A DNA stretch of 64,000 nucleotides from Candidatus Latescibacterota bacterium. GTDB lineage: Bacteria; Latescibacterota; UBA2968; UBA8231. Both the position numbers and the translations under genes were made by a program. The notes under the pieces were generated by a model. That model was not told the DNA's origin. It ran no database searches and worked only from the letters and a program-made list of their open reading frames with translations. The stretch spans positions 1,088,001 through 1,152,000 of the forward strand of contig CBDFJF010000001.1 in assembly GCA_965248265.1 (NCBI GenBank), written 5' to 3'. Shown in pieces: positions 29,434 through 38,776 of this stretch; position 1 is the stretch's first letter; each line of letters opens with the position of its first letter.

Positions 29434-29813
29434 CGTCTTGTCTCTCCGGTTGATTCAGCACTTAACTCGTGTGCCGGCGCCTCCCCCAGATGTGCCTCGA
29501 TCCTTTCGGCTAATTCGCTCCTCGAAATCATCCCCTCAACTTTGTCTACGGCGCGCCCGCTGCTGAAGAGGAGTAGCGTCGGGATCGACGCTACTCCCAT
29601 TCTCTGAGCGAGTTGCCGCTGCCTGTCGAAGTCGACGGTAACGAACGTCGCCTTCCCTGAAAACTTCCCAGCCAGAGCATGAATTATGAGGTTGACAATC
29701 CTGGCTGATCCACTCCAGTCTGCGCTGAAACAAACCACGACAGGTTGAGGATTTTCGAGCACCATCAGACGAAACTTCGCGTCTGTCAGGGCGGTAACGA
29801 GCTGGTTGTTCAC
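29430..29813 (-). CDS. Thioredoxin-fold protein lacking CxxC
   Basis: PVVVCFSADWSGSA in place of WCGPC; GVASIPTLLLF..G cis-Pro motif retained. Confidence 0.8.
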   Translation of the reverse strand: MNNQLVTALTDAKFRLMVLENPQPVVVCFSADWSGSARIVNLIIHALAGKFSGKATFVTVDFDRQRQLAQRMGVASIPTLLLFSSGRAVDKVEGMISRSELAERIEAHLGEAPAHELSAESTGETRR

Positions 29814-30592
29814 TTGAACGAGACCTTCTGGTCAGCGGATGTGGCCTGCTGAATCGTCTCCACGGCTTCCTCGGTGGTCCATACGGTATTCGCCATGAAG
29901 CGAAAGTTGATTAATGCTGCCTGGTACCCGTCCCCTTCAGGCACGATGGCTGCCGCCGTGGCATCACTGACCACGGCGACCTCGAAGCCACGCTCCAGGA
30001 ACTCACGCATGTGGGCCTCCGTGCACAGGTTCGCAGACATGCCTCCAAGGATGACCTTGTCGATGCCTCGTTTTCTCAATTGCAGCATCAGGTCGTTGTT
30101 TTCGGGCCCGTACACCTTGTGTGGGTTTGCTACTACGGTATTTCCATCATTGATGTACGGCTTGTAGACTTCGAGCCAGTCCGCACCCGATCCCTCGAAT
30201 CCATCGATGTTCAAGGGACCCTTGCGGTCGAACATGCCGATGTTGTGCATGAGGACTTCGAGAGCTCCCTCAAACTTCCAGCCGTGGTCGGTTGGATAGT
30301 AGTAGTGCGGCGAAACGAATACCGGGATGCCGTTCGCCTTGGCCGTTTTCAGCAGCGCTTCGATGTTGGCCACGGTGTTGTTCTCGGTCACACTTGCGCC
30401 AACCACGCCCCAGGTCACGCCATCCGGGCTGAGGAAATCGTTCTGTGGATCCGTGATGACCAGGGCTGTACGCTCGGGGTCGATTTTCATCCCGGGATCG
30501 GGAAGGGCGAAGACGACAGAAGCCAAGCTGGAAATGATGAGCGCGATAATGGACAGAAACTGTGCCGTCAGAGACATCGTTAGGGATTTCAT
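29810..30592 (-). CDS. Isochorismatase-family cysteine hydrolase with N-terminal signal-like segment
   Basis: TALVITDPQNDF (Asp), HKVY (Lys), ANLCTE (Cys). Confidence 0.88.
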   Translation of the reverse strand: MKSLTMSLTAQFLSIIALIISSLASVVFALPDPGMKIDPERTALVITDPQNDFLSPDGVTWGVVGASVTENNTVANIEALLKTAKANGIPVFVSPHYYYPTDHGWKFEGALEVLMHNIGMFDRKGPLNIDGFEGSGADWLEVYKPYINDGNTVVANPHKVYGPENNDLMLQLRKRGIDKVILGGMSANLCTEAHMREFLERGFEVAVVSDATAAAIVPEGDGYQAALINFRFMANTVWTTEEAVETIQQATSADQKVSFK

Positions 30593-30672
30593 CCTGTTCT
30601 CTCCATCTTAGGGTTGCGGTTTGATCGCTTTGTTTGGGTACATGGTTGTGAGGCCTTCACACCTCACCCGTT

Positions 30673-30688
30673 TGCAAGGGCCATGCCA
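30673..30688 (-). promoter_or_regulatory. sigma54 -24/-12 promoter of the cysteine hydrolase operon
   Basis: Minus strand TGGCATGGCCCTTGCA, GG-N10-GC. AT-rich tract at 30721-30743 could bind IHF. Confidence 0.8.
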
Positions 30689-30899
30689 GGAAAGAACACT
30701 ATCCGGATAGATCCTGTAACATATTGTTAAAAATATTGTTATGACATTTCATCGAGTTAGACGATAGTCGAAATTCGGAGAAAGATCCTTGATATCGCGT
30801 GGCGCCCACGACATATCACGGAAATTGTCTCGACTTCTCCCGGGGTTCTGCGAAGGCCAGCAAAGTCACGCAACGACTGCAATACAAGATGACTTCAAC

Positions 30900-32918
30900 A
30901 TGATTGAAGAGCGCGCAGGCAACCCTCTTGAGCGCATCGCCCTGGAGATGACATCCAGCCTCGATCTGTCGGAGGTTCTGTCGTCCATCACCGAGGGATT
31001 GGTCGAGGATTTCGATGCCGCTTTCGCACGAATTTGGCTGATCCGTCCGGGTGATTTGTGTGAGGTATGCCACAAGGTCGATCTGTGCACAAACCGGCAG
31101 TCTTGTCTACATCTGACGGCCAGTGCGGGGATGTACACGAGCACTGCCGGCGATCACCGCCGAATTCCCATTGGAGCACTCAAGATCGGAGGCATCGCCC
31201 AGGACGGGTGCTCCCTGTCGACCAACGACTTGATGAATGATGACCGGGTACCTAACAAATCCTGGTTGAGAGAGAATGACCTGCGCTCCTTCGCCGGTCA
31301 CCCCTTGGTGTTTCGTGATGAAACCCTTGGGGTACTGGGTCTTTTCAGTCGAAGGCTGATGGAACAGGATGAGTTTGCCAGGATCGGCCTCTTTGCCAAT
31401 CAGGCGGCCGTCGCCATCAAGAACGCTCAGCTGTTCGAGGCCCTGCGCGAGGACATTACCAGTCGCAAGAAAGCAGAAGACGCGCTCGACTCGATGCGCG
31501 AAATGAACGAGCTGATCCTGCGGTCTGCGGGCGAAGGGATCTACGGACTGGATCGGGAAGGAAACACGACATTTGTGAATCCGGCTGCGGCCCAGATGCT
31601 GGGGTGGCAACCTGAGGACCTGTTGGGCAAACCCCAGCACGCCCTCATTCACCACACCCGTCCGGACGGACGAGCCTACGACCGCCAAGATTGTCCGATT
31701 TACGCCGCTTTCAAGGACGGACTCGTACACACAGTGAACGACGAGGTCTTCTGGCGCAAAGACGGCAGCAGCCTTCCCGTCGAGTACACCAGCACGCCCA
31801 TTCGGGATGATGACGGCCAACTCACGGGAGCGGTCGTAACCTTCCGAGACATCACCAAGCGCGTCGAGGCCGAGAACGGTCTGCGAGACGCTCTCGGCCA
31901 GGTCGAGCAGCTCAAGGACCGTCTTCAGGTAGAGAATACGTATCTGCAGGAAGAGATTCGGTTCGAGCACAACTTCAACGACATCATCAGTAGCAGTGAG
32001 TCCTTCAAGAACGTCCTCCGGAGCGTGGAGCAGGTGGCAGCGACGGAGGCGACCGTGTTGATTCTTGGCGAAACCGGCACCGGCAAGGAGCTCATCGCCC
32101 GTGCCGTGCATACAATCAGCGCGCGTGGGGAGAGACCGCTGGTCAAGGTAAACTGCGCCGCGTTGCCGGCGAACCTGATCGAGAGTGAACTGTTCGGCCA
32201 CGAGAAAGGTGCCTTCACGGGTGCCGTGGCCCGCAAGCAGGGTCGCTTCGAGTTGGCCGATGGCGGAACGATCTTTCTGGACGAAATCGGCGATTTGCCC
32301 CTGGACCTTCAGGCCAAGCTGCTGCGCGTGTTGCAGGAGAACGAGTTCGAACGCCTCGGAGGTACACAGACCATTGCCGTCGACGTCCGGGTGATCGCGG
32401 CTACTAACCGCGACCTGGAGGCGGCCAGTCGTGCCGGGGACTTTCGCGAGGATCTGTTCTACAGACTGAACGTGTTCCCGATCTCGCTACCGCCACTGCG
32501 CGAGCGCCCCGAGGACATCCCGCTACTGGTATGCCATTTCGTGCACAAGGTCGGAGCGAAGATCGGTAGAAAGATCACGGCGATCCCCCAGAGCACCCTG
32601 GCCTCGCTGCAGACCTACGACTATCCCGGAAACATCCGGGAGCTCGAGAACATCGTGGAGCGTGCCGTGATACTGGCCAACGACGGAACGCTGCGATTGG
32701 ATCAAAACCTGGAATTGCTCCTGAAAAACCCGGCGAACCCGAGTGATGGTGATGCGACACTAGAGGCTGTAGAACGCACGCACATCCTCGCCATCCTCGA
32801 GAACACGAATTGGCGAATCGAAGGTCCCAAGGGTGCTGCCTTGCGACTGGGACTGAACGCCAACACCCTGCGCTCTCGCTTGAAACGCCTGGGAGTCGAA
32901 AGACCTTCGCAAGATTGA
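30900..32918 (+). CDS. sigma54-dependent enhancer-binding protein, GAF-PAS-AAA+-HTH (FhlA-like)
   Basis: [38 protein letters not shown], Fis-type HTH. Start taken at ATG 30900. Confidence 0.93.
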   Translation: MIEERAGNPLERIALEMTSSLDLSEVLSSITEGLVEDFDAAFARIWLIRPGDLCEVCHKVDLCTNRQSCLHLTASAGMYTSTAGDHRRIPIGALKIGGIAQDGCSLSTNDLMNDDRVPNKSWLRENDLRSFAGHPLVFRDETLGVLGLFSRRLMEQDEFARIGLFANQAAVAIKNAQLFEALREDITSRKKAEDALDSMREMNELILRSAGEGIYGLDREGNTTFVNPAAAQMLGWQPEDLLGKPQHALIHHTRPDGRAYDRQDCPIYAAFKDGLVHTVNDEVFWRKDGSSLPVEYTSTPIRDDDGQLTGAVVTFRDITKRVEAENGLRDALGQVEQLKDRLQVENTYLQEEIRFEHNFNDIISSSESFKNVLRSVEQVAATEATVLILGETGTGKELIARAVHTISARGERPLVKVNCAALPANLIESELFGHEKGAFTGAVARKQGRFELADGGTIFLDEIGDLPLDLQAKLLRVLQENEFERLGGTQTIAVDVRVIAATNRDLEAASRAGDFREDLFYRLNVFPISLPPLRERPEDIPLLVCHFVHKVGAKIGRKITAIPQSTLASLQTYDYPGNIRELENIVERAVILANDGTLRLDQNLELLLKNPANPSDGDATLEAVERTHILAILENTNWRIEGPKGAALRLGLNANTLRSRLKRLGVERPSQD

Positions 32919-32940
32919 TCCTGCCTCCTGGTTTATCCAT

Positions 32941-32968
32941 GATATATCAGGGACACCCACGATATATC
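32941..32968. promoter_or_regulatory. Putative upstream activator sequence GATATATC-N12-GATATATC
   Basis: Two palindromic octamers at 20-bp period, about 95-120 nt upstream of the sigma54 promoter at 33062. Confidence 0.65.
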
Positions 32969-33061
32969 ATGAGTTTTCCGAGCCTCCCACACTCTCGCAG
33001 TTTCCTAAATCTTCACGTATCCAGTTGTAAACAATACTGATACGTATTGCTTACAGCGCCC

Positions 33062-33077
33062 TGGCACCCCACTTGCA
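33062..33077 (+). promoter_or_regulatory. sigma54 -24/-12 promoter of the NmrA operon
   Basis: TGGCACCCCACTTGCA, GG-N10-GC. Confidence 0.82.
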
Positions 33078-33167
33078 TACCACGCCTTGAACGGACGGCA
33101 CCATCGTCCCCTGAAATCCGCGGCGCAGGAGCAAGCGCGAGTCTCAACCCACTTAAGGAGAGTTGTG

Positions 33168-34337
33168 ATGACCAAACCAAGAATGCTCGTTACGGGAGCA
33201 GCAGGCCACACTGGTTCGCCTGCCGTGCATCAGCTACTGAAAAAAGGATACCCCGTGCGTGCCTTCGTTCGCCGCAGGGATGCCCGAGCCGCCGCGCTGG
33301 AGAAATCTGGCGCTGAGATTTTCGTCGGAGATGTCCTCGACTACCGGAATCTTCGTGAATCGATGATCGGCGTCCAACGCGCTTATCACTGCCCTCCCTT
33401 TGCACCAAACCTTCTGCACAACACCATGCTGTTTGCCGTTGCCGCACAAGAAGCCAAACTGGAAGTGGTGGCGTTGATGAGTCAATGGAATCCGCACCCG
33501 GCGCATCCATCGGTCATTTCGCGCGAGCACTGGATCTCGAACCAGGTCTACCGCTGGATGCCATCCGTGGACGTCATTCACATCAACCCCGGCATTTTCG
33601 CTTTCATCTACCTGCTCGGCCTGCCTGCGATCGTTCACTTTGGCCAGATGATGGCGCCCTTTGGCGACGGACTGAATGCGCCACCGTCGAATGAGGACAT
33701 TGCCCGTGTCGCCACCATGACGCTTGCCGACCCGGCCGCTCATGTGGGCAAGAGCTACCGACCCACCGGCCCCGAACTGATCTCACCCCACGATGTTGCT
33801 GGAACCCTGGGGAAAATCCTTGGCCGCAAGGTTACCTACAAGGACGTGCCTTTCAGGATGTTCAACAAAGCAGCCACCGCACAGGGATTTCCGCGCTCCG
33901 ACATTGTCCACTTGCGCTACTACACTGAAGAGATCAGAAACGGCGCGTTTGCGGTCGGAGCACCGACCGAGCACGTGCTCGAGGTCACCGGATCCACGCC
34001 CGAAGGTTTCGAATCGACTGCTCGTCGATACATCCAGGATCCCTCCCTCATTCACCCGGCACTCAACATCGGGTCGAAGCTGCAGGCGATCGTATTCCTT
34101 TTCAAGATGATGGCTACCAGACCCACAGATCTCGACGCCTGGGAGCAGGACCGCGGCTATCCGCTGTTGAGTGATCCAGTGCTTTCGCAGGACAGCGCCG
34201 AGTGGCGCTCGACGGCCGAACGGCAGCAACTCAACCTTCTCCCGGATGCCGCCGTCGACACCACGGATGTGGGAACCGGCAGAGTGATCGGGCTGCAGAA
34301 AGTCTCGAAAGTAAACCATCCGGCGATGGCATGGTGA
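33168..34337 (+). CDS. NmrA-family NAD(P)-binding protein
   Basis: LVTGAAGHTG, VRAFVRR, EDIARVA, TGPELIS. TAAGGAG RBS. Confidence 0.87.
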   Translation: MTKPRMLVTGAAGHTGSPAVHQLLKKGYPVRAFVRRRDARAAALEKSGAEIFVGDVLDYRNLRESMIGVQRAYHCPPFAPNLLHNTMLFAVAAQEAKLEVVALMSQWNPHPAHPSVISREHWISNQVYRWMPSVDVIHINPGIFAFIYLLGLPAIVHFGQMMAPFGDGLNAPPSNEDIARVATMTLADPAAHVGKSYRPTGPELISPHDVAGTLGKILGRKVTYKDVPFRMFNKAATAQGFPRSDIVHLRYYTEEIRNGAFAVGAPTEHVLEVTGSTPEGFESTARRYIQDPSLIHPALNIGSKLQAIVFLFKMMATRPTDLDAWEQDRGYPLLSDPVLSQDSAEWRSTAERQQLNLLPDAAVDTTDVGTGRVIGLQKVSKVNHPAMAW

Positions 34338-34368
34338 TGTCGCCGCCAACCTTGAGGAGGACCTGCTG

Positions 34369-34866
34369 ATGGATACGCTGGCGATTTTCGGACTGCAGTT
34401 TCTGTTGAGCCTCATCGTCTTCGGTGTGCTGGCCAAGTGGAAGTTGGCACCCTGGCTCGAAACCTTGCCTCAGCTCCAGGGATTGTTCTGGCTCACCGTG
34501 CCACACGCATTCCGTCACATCGGCTTGGTGTTCCTGGTTCCGGGAGTGGTCGACCAACGGCTGCCGGATGGATTCGCCAATGCCGCGGCCTATGGCGATC
34601 TGGCAACCGCTCTGCTCGCACTGCTGGCACTGGTTGCGCTGCACAAAGGGTCGACTGCCGCAGCCCCCATGGTCTGGATATTCAACATTGTCGGGACCGT
34701 TGACCTTCTCAACGCGCTGCGTCACGACGAGGTTGTTCCGTTGTTCGGGGCTGCCTGGTACATCCCGACATTCATTGTCCCACTGCTTCTGGTCTCGCAC
34801 GCCGTGATCTTCGTCCGGCTTGTCCGATCCCAGAGCGTGGGACACACCGCGGTCGCAGGAGAGTAG
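34369..34866 (+). CDS. Membrane protein (about 5 TM)
   Basis: Hydrophobic; HAFRHIG, AYGDL, FNIVGTVDL motifs. GAGGAGG RBS. Confidence 0.8.
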   Translation: MDTLAIFGLQFLLSLIVFGVLAKWKLAPWLETLPQLQGLFWLTVPHAFRHIGLVFLVPGVVDQRLPDGFANAAAYGDLATALLALLALVALHKGSTAAAPMVWIFNIVGTVDLLNALRHDEVVPLFGAAWYIPTFIVPLLLVSHAVIFVRLVRSQSVGHTAVAGE

Positions 34867-34870
34867 AGTG

Positions 34871-35737
34871 ATGGACCAGACAATCTTGATCGAGAAACGA
34901 GTTGCACCTGAGCCCTCGACTCCCTCCTCACACGGAGACGCCGGCGAGTACCGCTATGACTCTTTCCGTATTGGAGTTGTAATCGATGACTTCAAGTTTT
35001 CACAGAACTCCTTGAAACCGGGACAGGTCCTGCCCAATCGCACCCTGGTCCGCACTGACGGCGAAAGGATCTCGTTAAGGGATTTGTCAGCCGGCCGGCC
35101 GATCGTGCTGGTCACTGGTTCCGTCACCTGCCCCCTCAGCATCAGCACCTTATCGCTGTTCGGGGAGTTGAACCGGTTGCATGGAGATCGCATGGCTTTC
35201 GCCTTCATCTACACTCGCGAGGCCCATCCGGGTGAGAACATCCAGCAACCGGCCACCATGGCGGTGAAAATCGCACACGCTCGCCTGTTGATGGAGATAC
35301 ATGGCGTCGACTGGCCGGTGCTCGTGGACGATCTCGACGGCTCGGTTCACCGAATGCTCGATACCAAACAGAACTCCATTCACATTCTCGATTCTGACGG
35401 CACCATCTTGTTTCGAGCCCTGTTCGCTGGTGACCCTGCCGCGGAAGAAGCGGTCCAGGCTATCGCTCTGTCACATGGACCCCGCAAGCCTCAGGCACTC
35501 GGACGACTCGCCGGTCCTATGAAGTCAATTGGCTACATCGAAGAAACCTTGCGCCACGCAGGCTCACGGGCCGTCGCCGACGTCGTCAAGGCTGTGCTAC
35601 CGATGGCGGCGATGGCATTGATCGCCCGGGCTTTCCCGTTCTTGCCGAAAGCCAGCCGTGGGTGGGCAGCGGCAGGCACTCTGATGGTTGGTGCGACGGC
35701 CATCGTTGTGGGAATTTCGAGCGGGGCCATTCCCTGA
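34871..35737 (+). CDS. Iodothyronine deiodinase-like / peroxiredoxin-fold protein with C-terminal TM
   Basis: RPIVLVTGSVTCP, FIYTREAHPGE, VLVDDLDG. Confidence 0.75.
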   Translation: MDQTILIEKRVAPEPSTPSSHGDAGEYRYDSFRIGVVIDDFKFSQNSLKPGQVLPNRTLVRTDGERISLRDLSAGRPIVLVTGSVTCPLSISTLSLFGELNRLHGDRMAFAFIYTREAHPGENIQQPATMAVKIAHARLLMEIHGVDWPVLVDDLDGSVHRMLDTKQNSIHILDSDGTILFRALFAGDPAAEEAVQAIALSHGPRKPQALGRLAGPMKSIGYIEETLRHAGSRAVADVVKAVLPMAAMALIARAFPFLPKASRGWAAAGTLMVGATAIVVGISSGAIP

Positions 35738-35791
35738 GACCGGACGACTGATTTGAACTATTCGACAGTTGGTTCCAAACTTTAGGACACC

Positions 35792-36334
35792 ATGGCCTCC
35801 AAAGAAATTCTCCAACTCGGAAATCCCAAACTGCTCGAACCCTGCGAACCCGTTGCAGAAAACGAGCTGGACTTCGCCCGCTCCGTAGCCTCGGACCTGC
35901 GAGACACCAAGAACGCCTTCCGCGCCAAATACGGCTGGGGCCGCGCCATCGCCGCCCCGCAAATCGGCATCCTCAAGCAGATCGTTTTCATGGAAGTGGA
36001 ACCGGGGAACCCCGTCATCTTCATCAACCCCCAGATGTCACACGAGAGCAAAGAGATGATGGCGGTCTGGGACCACTGTATGAGCTTCCCGGATCTGCTG
36101 GTTCAGGTGAAACGGCACCGATCCTGCCAGGTCTCCTACGTCGATGCCGAGTGGCAAGCCCAGACCATTCCGGCACAAGACGAATTGTCTGAACTGCTGC
36201 AACACGAACTCGATCACCTGCACGGAATCATCGCGACGATGCGCGCCATCGACGGGTCACGCTTCGCTCTGCAGAGTCAAAAGGACTTACTGGGCGAGGG
36301 TATGTTCGCCCGGCAGGATTTCAGCGATGAGTAG
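35792..36334 (+). CDS. def: Peptide deformylase-family protein (atypical motifs)
   Basis: LGNPKL, AIAAPQIG, INP, DHCMS, QHELDHL.GI. Confidence 0.8.
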   Translation: MASKEILQLGNPKLLEPCEPVAENELDFARSVASDLRDTKNAFRAKYGWGRAIAAPQIGILKQIVFMEVEPGNPVIFINPQMSHESKEMMAVWDHCMSFPDLLVQVKRHRSCQVSYVDAEWQAQTIPAQDELSELLQHELDHLHGIIATMRAIDGSRFALQSQKDLLGEGMFARQDFSDE

Positions 36335-37109
36335 CGGTGGGAGCGAAGAAAAGAGACAGTTCGACCGCGACGGCTACACGATCTACCACAACGTGCTCGA
36401 CAAAGATTTGGTTGGAGAAGCCAGCGCACATGTGGAGTGGCTTGTCGGGCGACACCCCGATTTGCGCCCGGAGAATCTCGACACCCACTTGGTAGGCGAC
36501 GATCCGTTTTGGGTGCGGCTGATAAGCGACGAACGCCTGTTGAATATTGCCGAGCAGTACGTGGGACCCAACATCGCCCTCTTTGCCTCTCACTACATCG
36601 CCAAGCCCCCGGAAGACGGCCAGCCTGTGCTCTGGCACCAGGACGGATCCTACTGGCCGCTCGAGCCGATGGAGGTCGTGACCCTGTGGCTGGCCGTCGA
36701 CGACTCGACACCGGAGAACGGTTGCATGCGGGTGGTACCGGGAACCCAGACTTCACAATTGCACGAAATGCACAAGTTCACCGACACCCCCAATGTCCTC
36801 GAATCACAGATGGATCCGGATCTGGTGAAGGAGGACCGGGCCGTCGACATCATCCTGGAGGTTGGCGGGGTATCGGTGCATCATCCCAACATCATCCACG
36901 GGTCCAACCCCAACACCTCGGGCGACCGGCGCTGCGGATTGACGATACGTTATATTCCAACTACGACGCGGATCACACACGAAGGCCAGTGGCCGAGCGC
37001 CTTCCTGTTGCGCGGCGATGCCGTTGATGATATCAATAGCTACCTGCCTTGGCCGCGCTACAGACAGGGCGAACACTTACCGTTTCGAGGGTGCGACGAA
37101 TGGGTATGA
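36327..37109 (+). CDS. Phytanoyl-CoA dioxygenase (PhyH) family Fe/2OG enzyme
   Basis: WHQD, WLAVDDST.ENGCM, HGS..N...RR. Confidence 0.9.
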   Translation: MSSGGSEEKRQFDRDGYTIYHNVLDKDLVGEASAHVEWLVGRHPDLRPENLDTHLVGDDPFWVRLISDERLLNIAEQYVGPNIALFASHYIAKPPEDGQPVLWHQDGSYWPLEPMEVVTLWLAVDDSTPENGCMRVVPGTQTSQLHEMHKFTDTPNVLESQMDPDLVKEDRAVDIILEVGGVSVHHPNIIHGSNPNTSGDRRCGLTIRYIPTTTRITHEGQWPSAFLLRGDAVDDINSYLPWPRYRQGEHLPFRGCDEWV

Positions 37110-38005
37110 CGACGACGGATGGTACGACGATCGAAAACTGTCCCGAAACACTCACCCCAGCTCATACAGAGTTGTTCGAGAAGCAGGGATATCTGGCTTT
37201 CGAGAACGGCCTGACGCCAACCGAAATCGAAGCCACCCGCGAGGCCCTGTCGGAGATAACCCGGTCGCTGATGCAGGCCGCCCACCAGGGTGAGGCTGAG
37301 ATTCATACCAGGGCAGGAGCCACCAGGAACTACCGCGGTGTCCAAGTCACCAAACCCGGAACTGATTTCAACATCCACTTCGAGGCGGGCGTTGACCCGA
37401 TGGAGGTGCCCGTCGAGGAAGCGGAGCTCAAGTACCGCAAGCTCGGCGACTACGTCCGTGAGCACGAAGTCTTCCAAGCCCTGGTTACACACAAACGCGT
37501 CAAAGGATTCCTGGAGCAGCTCATCGGCCAGGAAGTCATCCTCAAGAATTCGATGGCGTTGGCCAAGCCGCCGTTTATCGGATCCGAGAAACCCTGGCAC
37601 CAGGACAACGCCTACTTCAACTTCCTGCCACTCGAATTGCTAGCCACAGCCTGGATAGCCGTCGACGACGCCACGCTCGAAAACGGATGCATGCATGTGC
37701 TGCCCGGCCAACACCGCCGCGGCCCGTTGAGGCACCATCACACCACCGATTGTGAAATCGTCTCCGACCGCATCGATCCCACCATTGCCGTTCCAGTGCC
37801 CCTGTCTGCGGGCGGGATCATGTTGTTCTCAGCCATGCTCCCACACCAGACACCGCCTAACCATACTGCGTCACGGCGGCGTGCCCTGCAATTCCAGTAC
37901 CGCGGAATCGGTACCCATGAAGTATCCAAGGAGGAGTACGGCAAGGTCTTCGCTGAAGCGGACGGCAGCCCCGCCTCCTGCGCTCGCGCCTCCGAGAACG
38001 GATAG
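37106..38005 (+). CDS. Phytanoyl-CoA dioxygenase (PhyH) family Fe/2OG enzyme
   Basis: KPWHQD, WIAVDDATLENGCM, HQTPPN..RRA. ATGA overlap with the upstream gene. Confidence 0.9.
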   Translation: MTTTDGTTIENCPETLTPAHTELFEKQGYLAFENGLTPTEIEATREALSEITRSLMQAAHQGEAEIHTRAGATRNYRGVQVTKPGTDFNIHFEAGVDPMEVPVEEAELKYRKLGDYVREHEVFQALVTHKRVKGFLEQLIGQEVILKNSMALAKPPFIGSEKPWHQDNAYFNFLPLELLATAWIAVDDATLENGCMHVLPGQHRRGPLRHHHTTDCEIVSDRIDPTIAVPVPLSAGGIMLFSAMLPHQTPPNHTASRRRALQFQYRGIGTHEVSKEEYGKVFAEADGSPASCARASENG

Positions 38006-38200
38006 ACAGGGTTGCGCGTCTCATTTGTGCCTTCCACTTAGCTTGGTTGTGTGAGCACAGGGTGACATCTTTGGTGCCAAATAGAATCAGATTTGTTATG
38101 GCGGTGGATCTGAAGAGGATGGAATGCTATTGGAACGCGTTTTGCCCAGGTTTGGAGTCCAAAAGTCTTCAAAACTTGAAGTCCAGAAGGACGCAAACTC

Positions 38201-38464
38201 GTGGCAGAGCACCCGAACAAGCACATCCGAGCTGCAATAGTGTACGCGCAGAATCTCGATTGGACACTCAGAAAGTCAGGGCCACGAGCCCACACCTGGG
38301 GGCGACTGTTTTGTCCACGACACGACCGGAGTGGGTGCGCGCTAGCCGTGTATTCGACGCCAAAGAATCCCGAAGACCACGCCAAGGCTTTGCGGCGGGC
38401 AATCGATCGCTGTCCACACGAGGTCTACGGAGGTGCAGGAAAGGTGAGCGATGACCAAATATGA
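38201..38464 (+). CDS. HicA-like putative toxin
   Basis: 87 aa, basic; HPNKHI..A...W....AHTWG.L.CP..C...VYSTP.NP pattern; overlaps an acidic partner. Confidence 0.6.
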   Translation: MAEHPNKHIRAAIVYAQNLDWTLRKSGPRAHTWGRLFCPRHDRSGCALAVYSTPKNPEDHAKALRRAIDRCPHEVYGGAGKVSDDQI

Positions 38465-38711
38465 GTTCACTCTGGTTTTGGAAGGATCCCTCGAGCTGAC
38501 CGAGGGAATCGCTGATGCGCTCTTCGAGGCAGGATGTAGCGACGGAACACCCCGAATCTGTGACGGCATCTTTTCTGTCGATTTTCACCGTCAGGCAGAG
38601 TCGTTAGAGGAAGCCATTCGCTCGGCAATCACGAATGTCAAATCGGCCGGCTACGAGGTGGCCAGAGTCGAGATGGGCGCAGAAGGCGTGCCGGAACGCA
38701 CCGACGGATAA
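38451..38711 (+). CDS. HicB-like putative antitoxin without DNA-binding domain
   Basis: 86 aa, acidic; YEFTL, DALFEAGCSD, F.R.AESLEEAI.SA. Confidence 0.6.
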   Translation: MTKYEFTLVLEGSLELTEGIADALFEAGCSDGTPRICDGIFSVDFHRQAESLEEAIRSAITNVKSAGYEVARVEMGAEGVPERTDG

Positions 38712-38776
38712 TCGTCAGTCGCGCTATCACCAGATGGGTCAGCGGCTTCCCGTCCCGCCTCCTACACCGACGTGCC

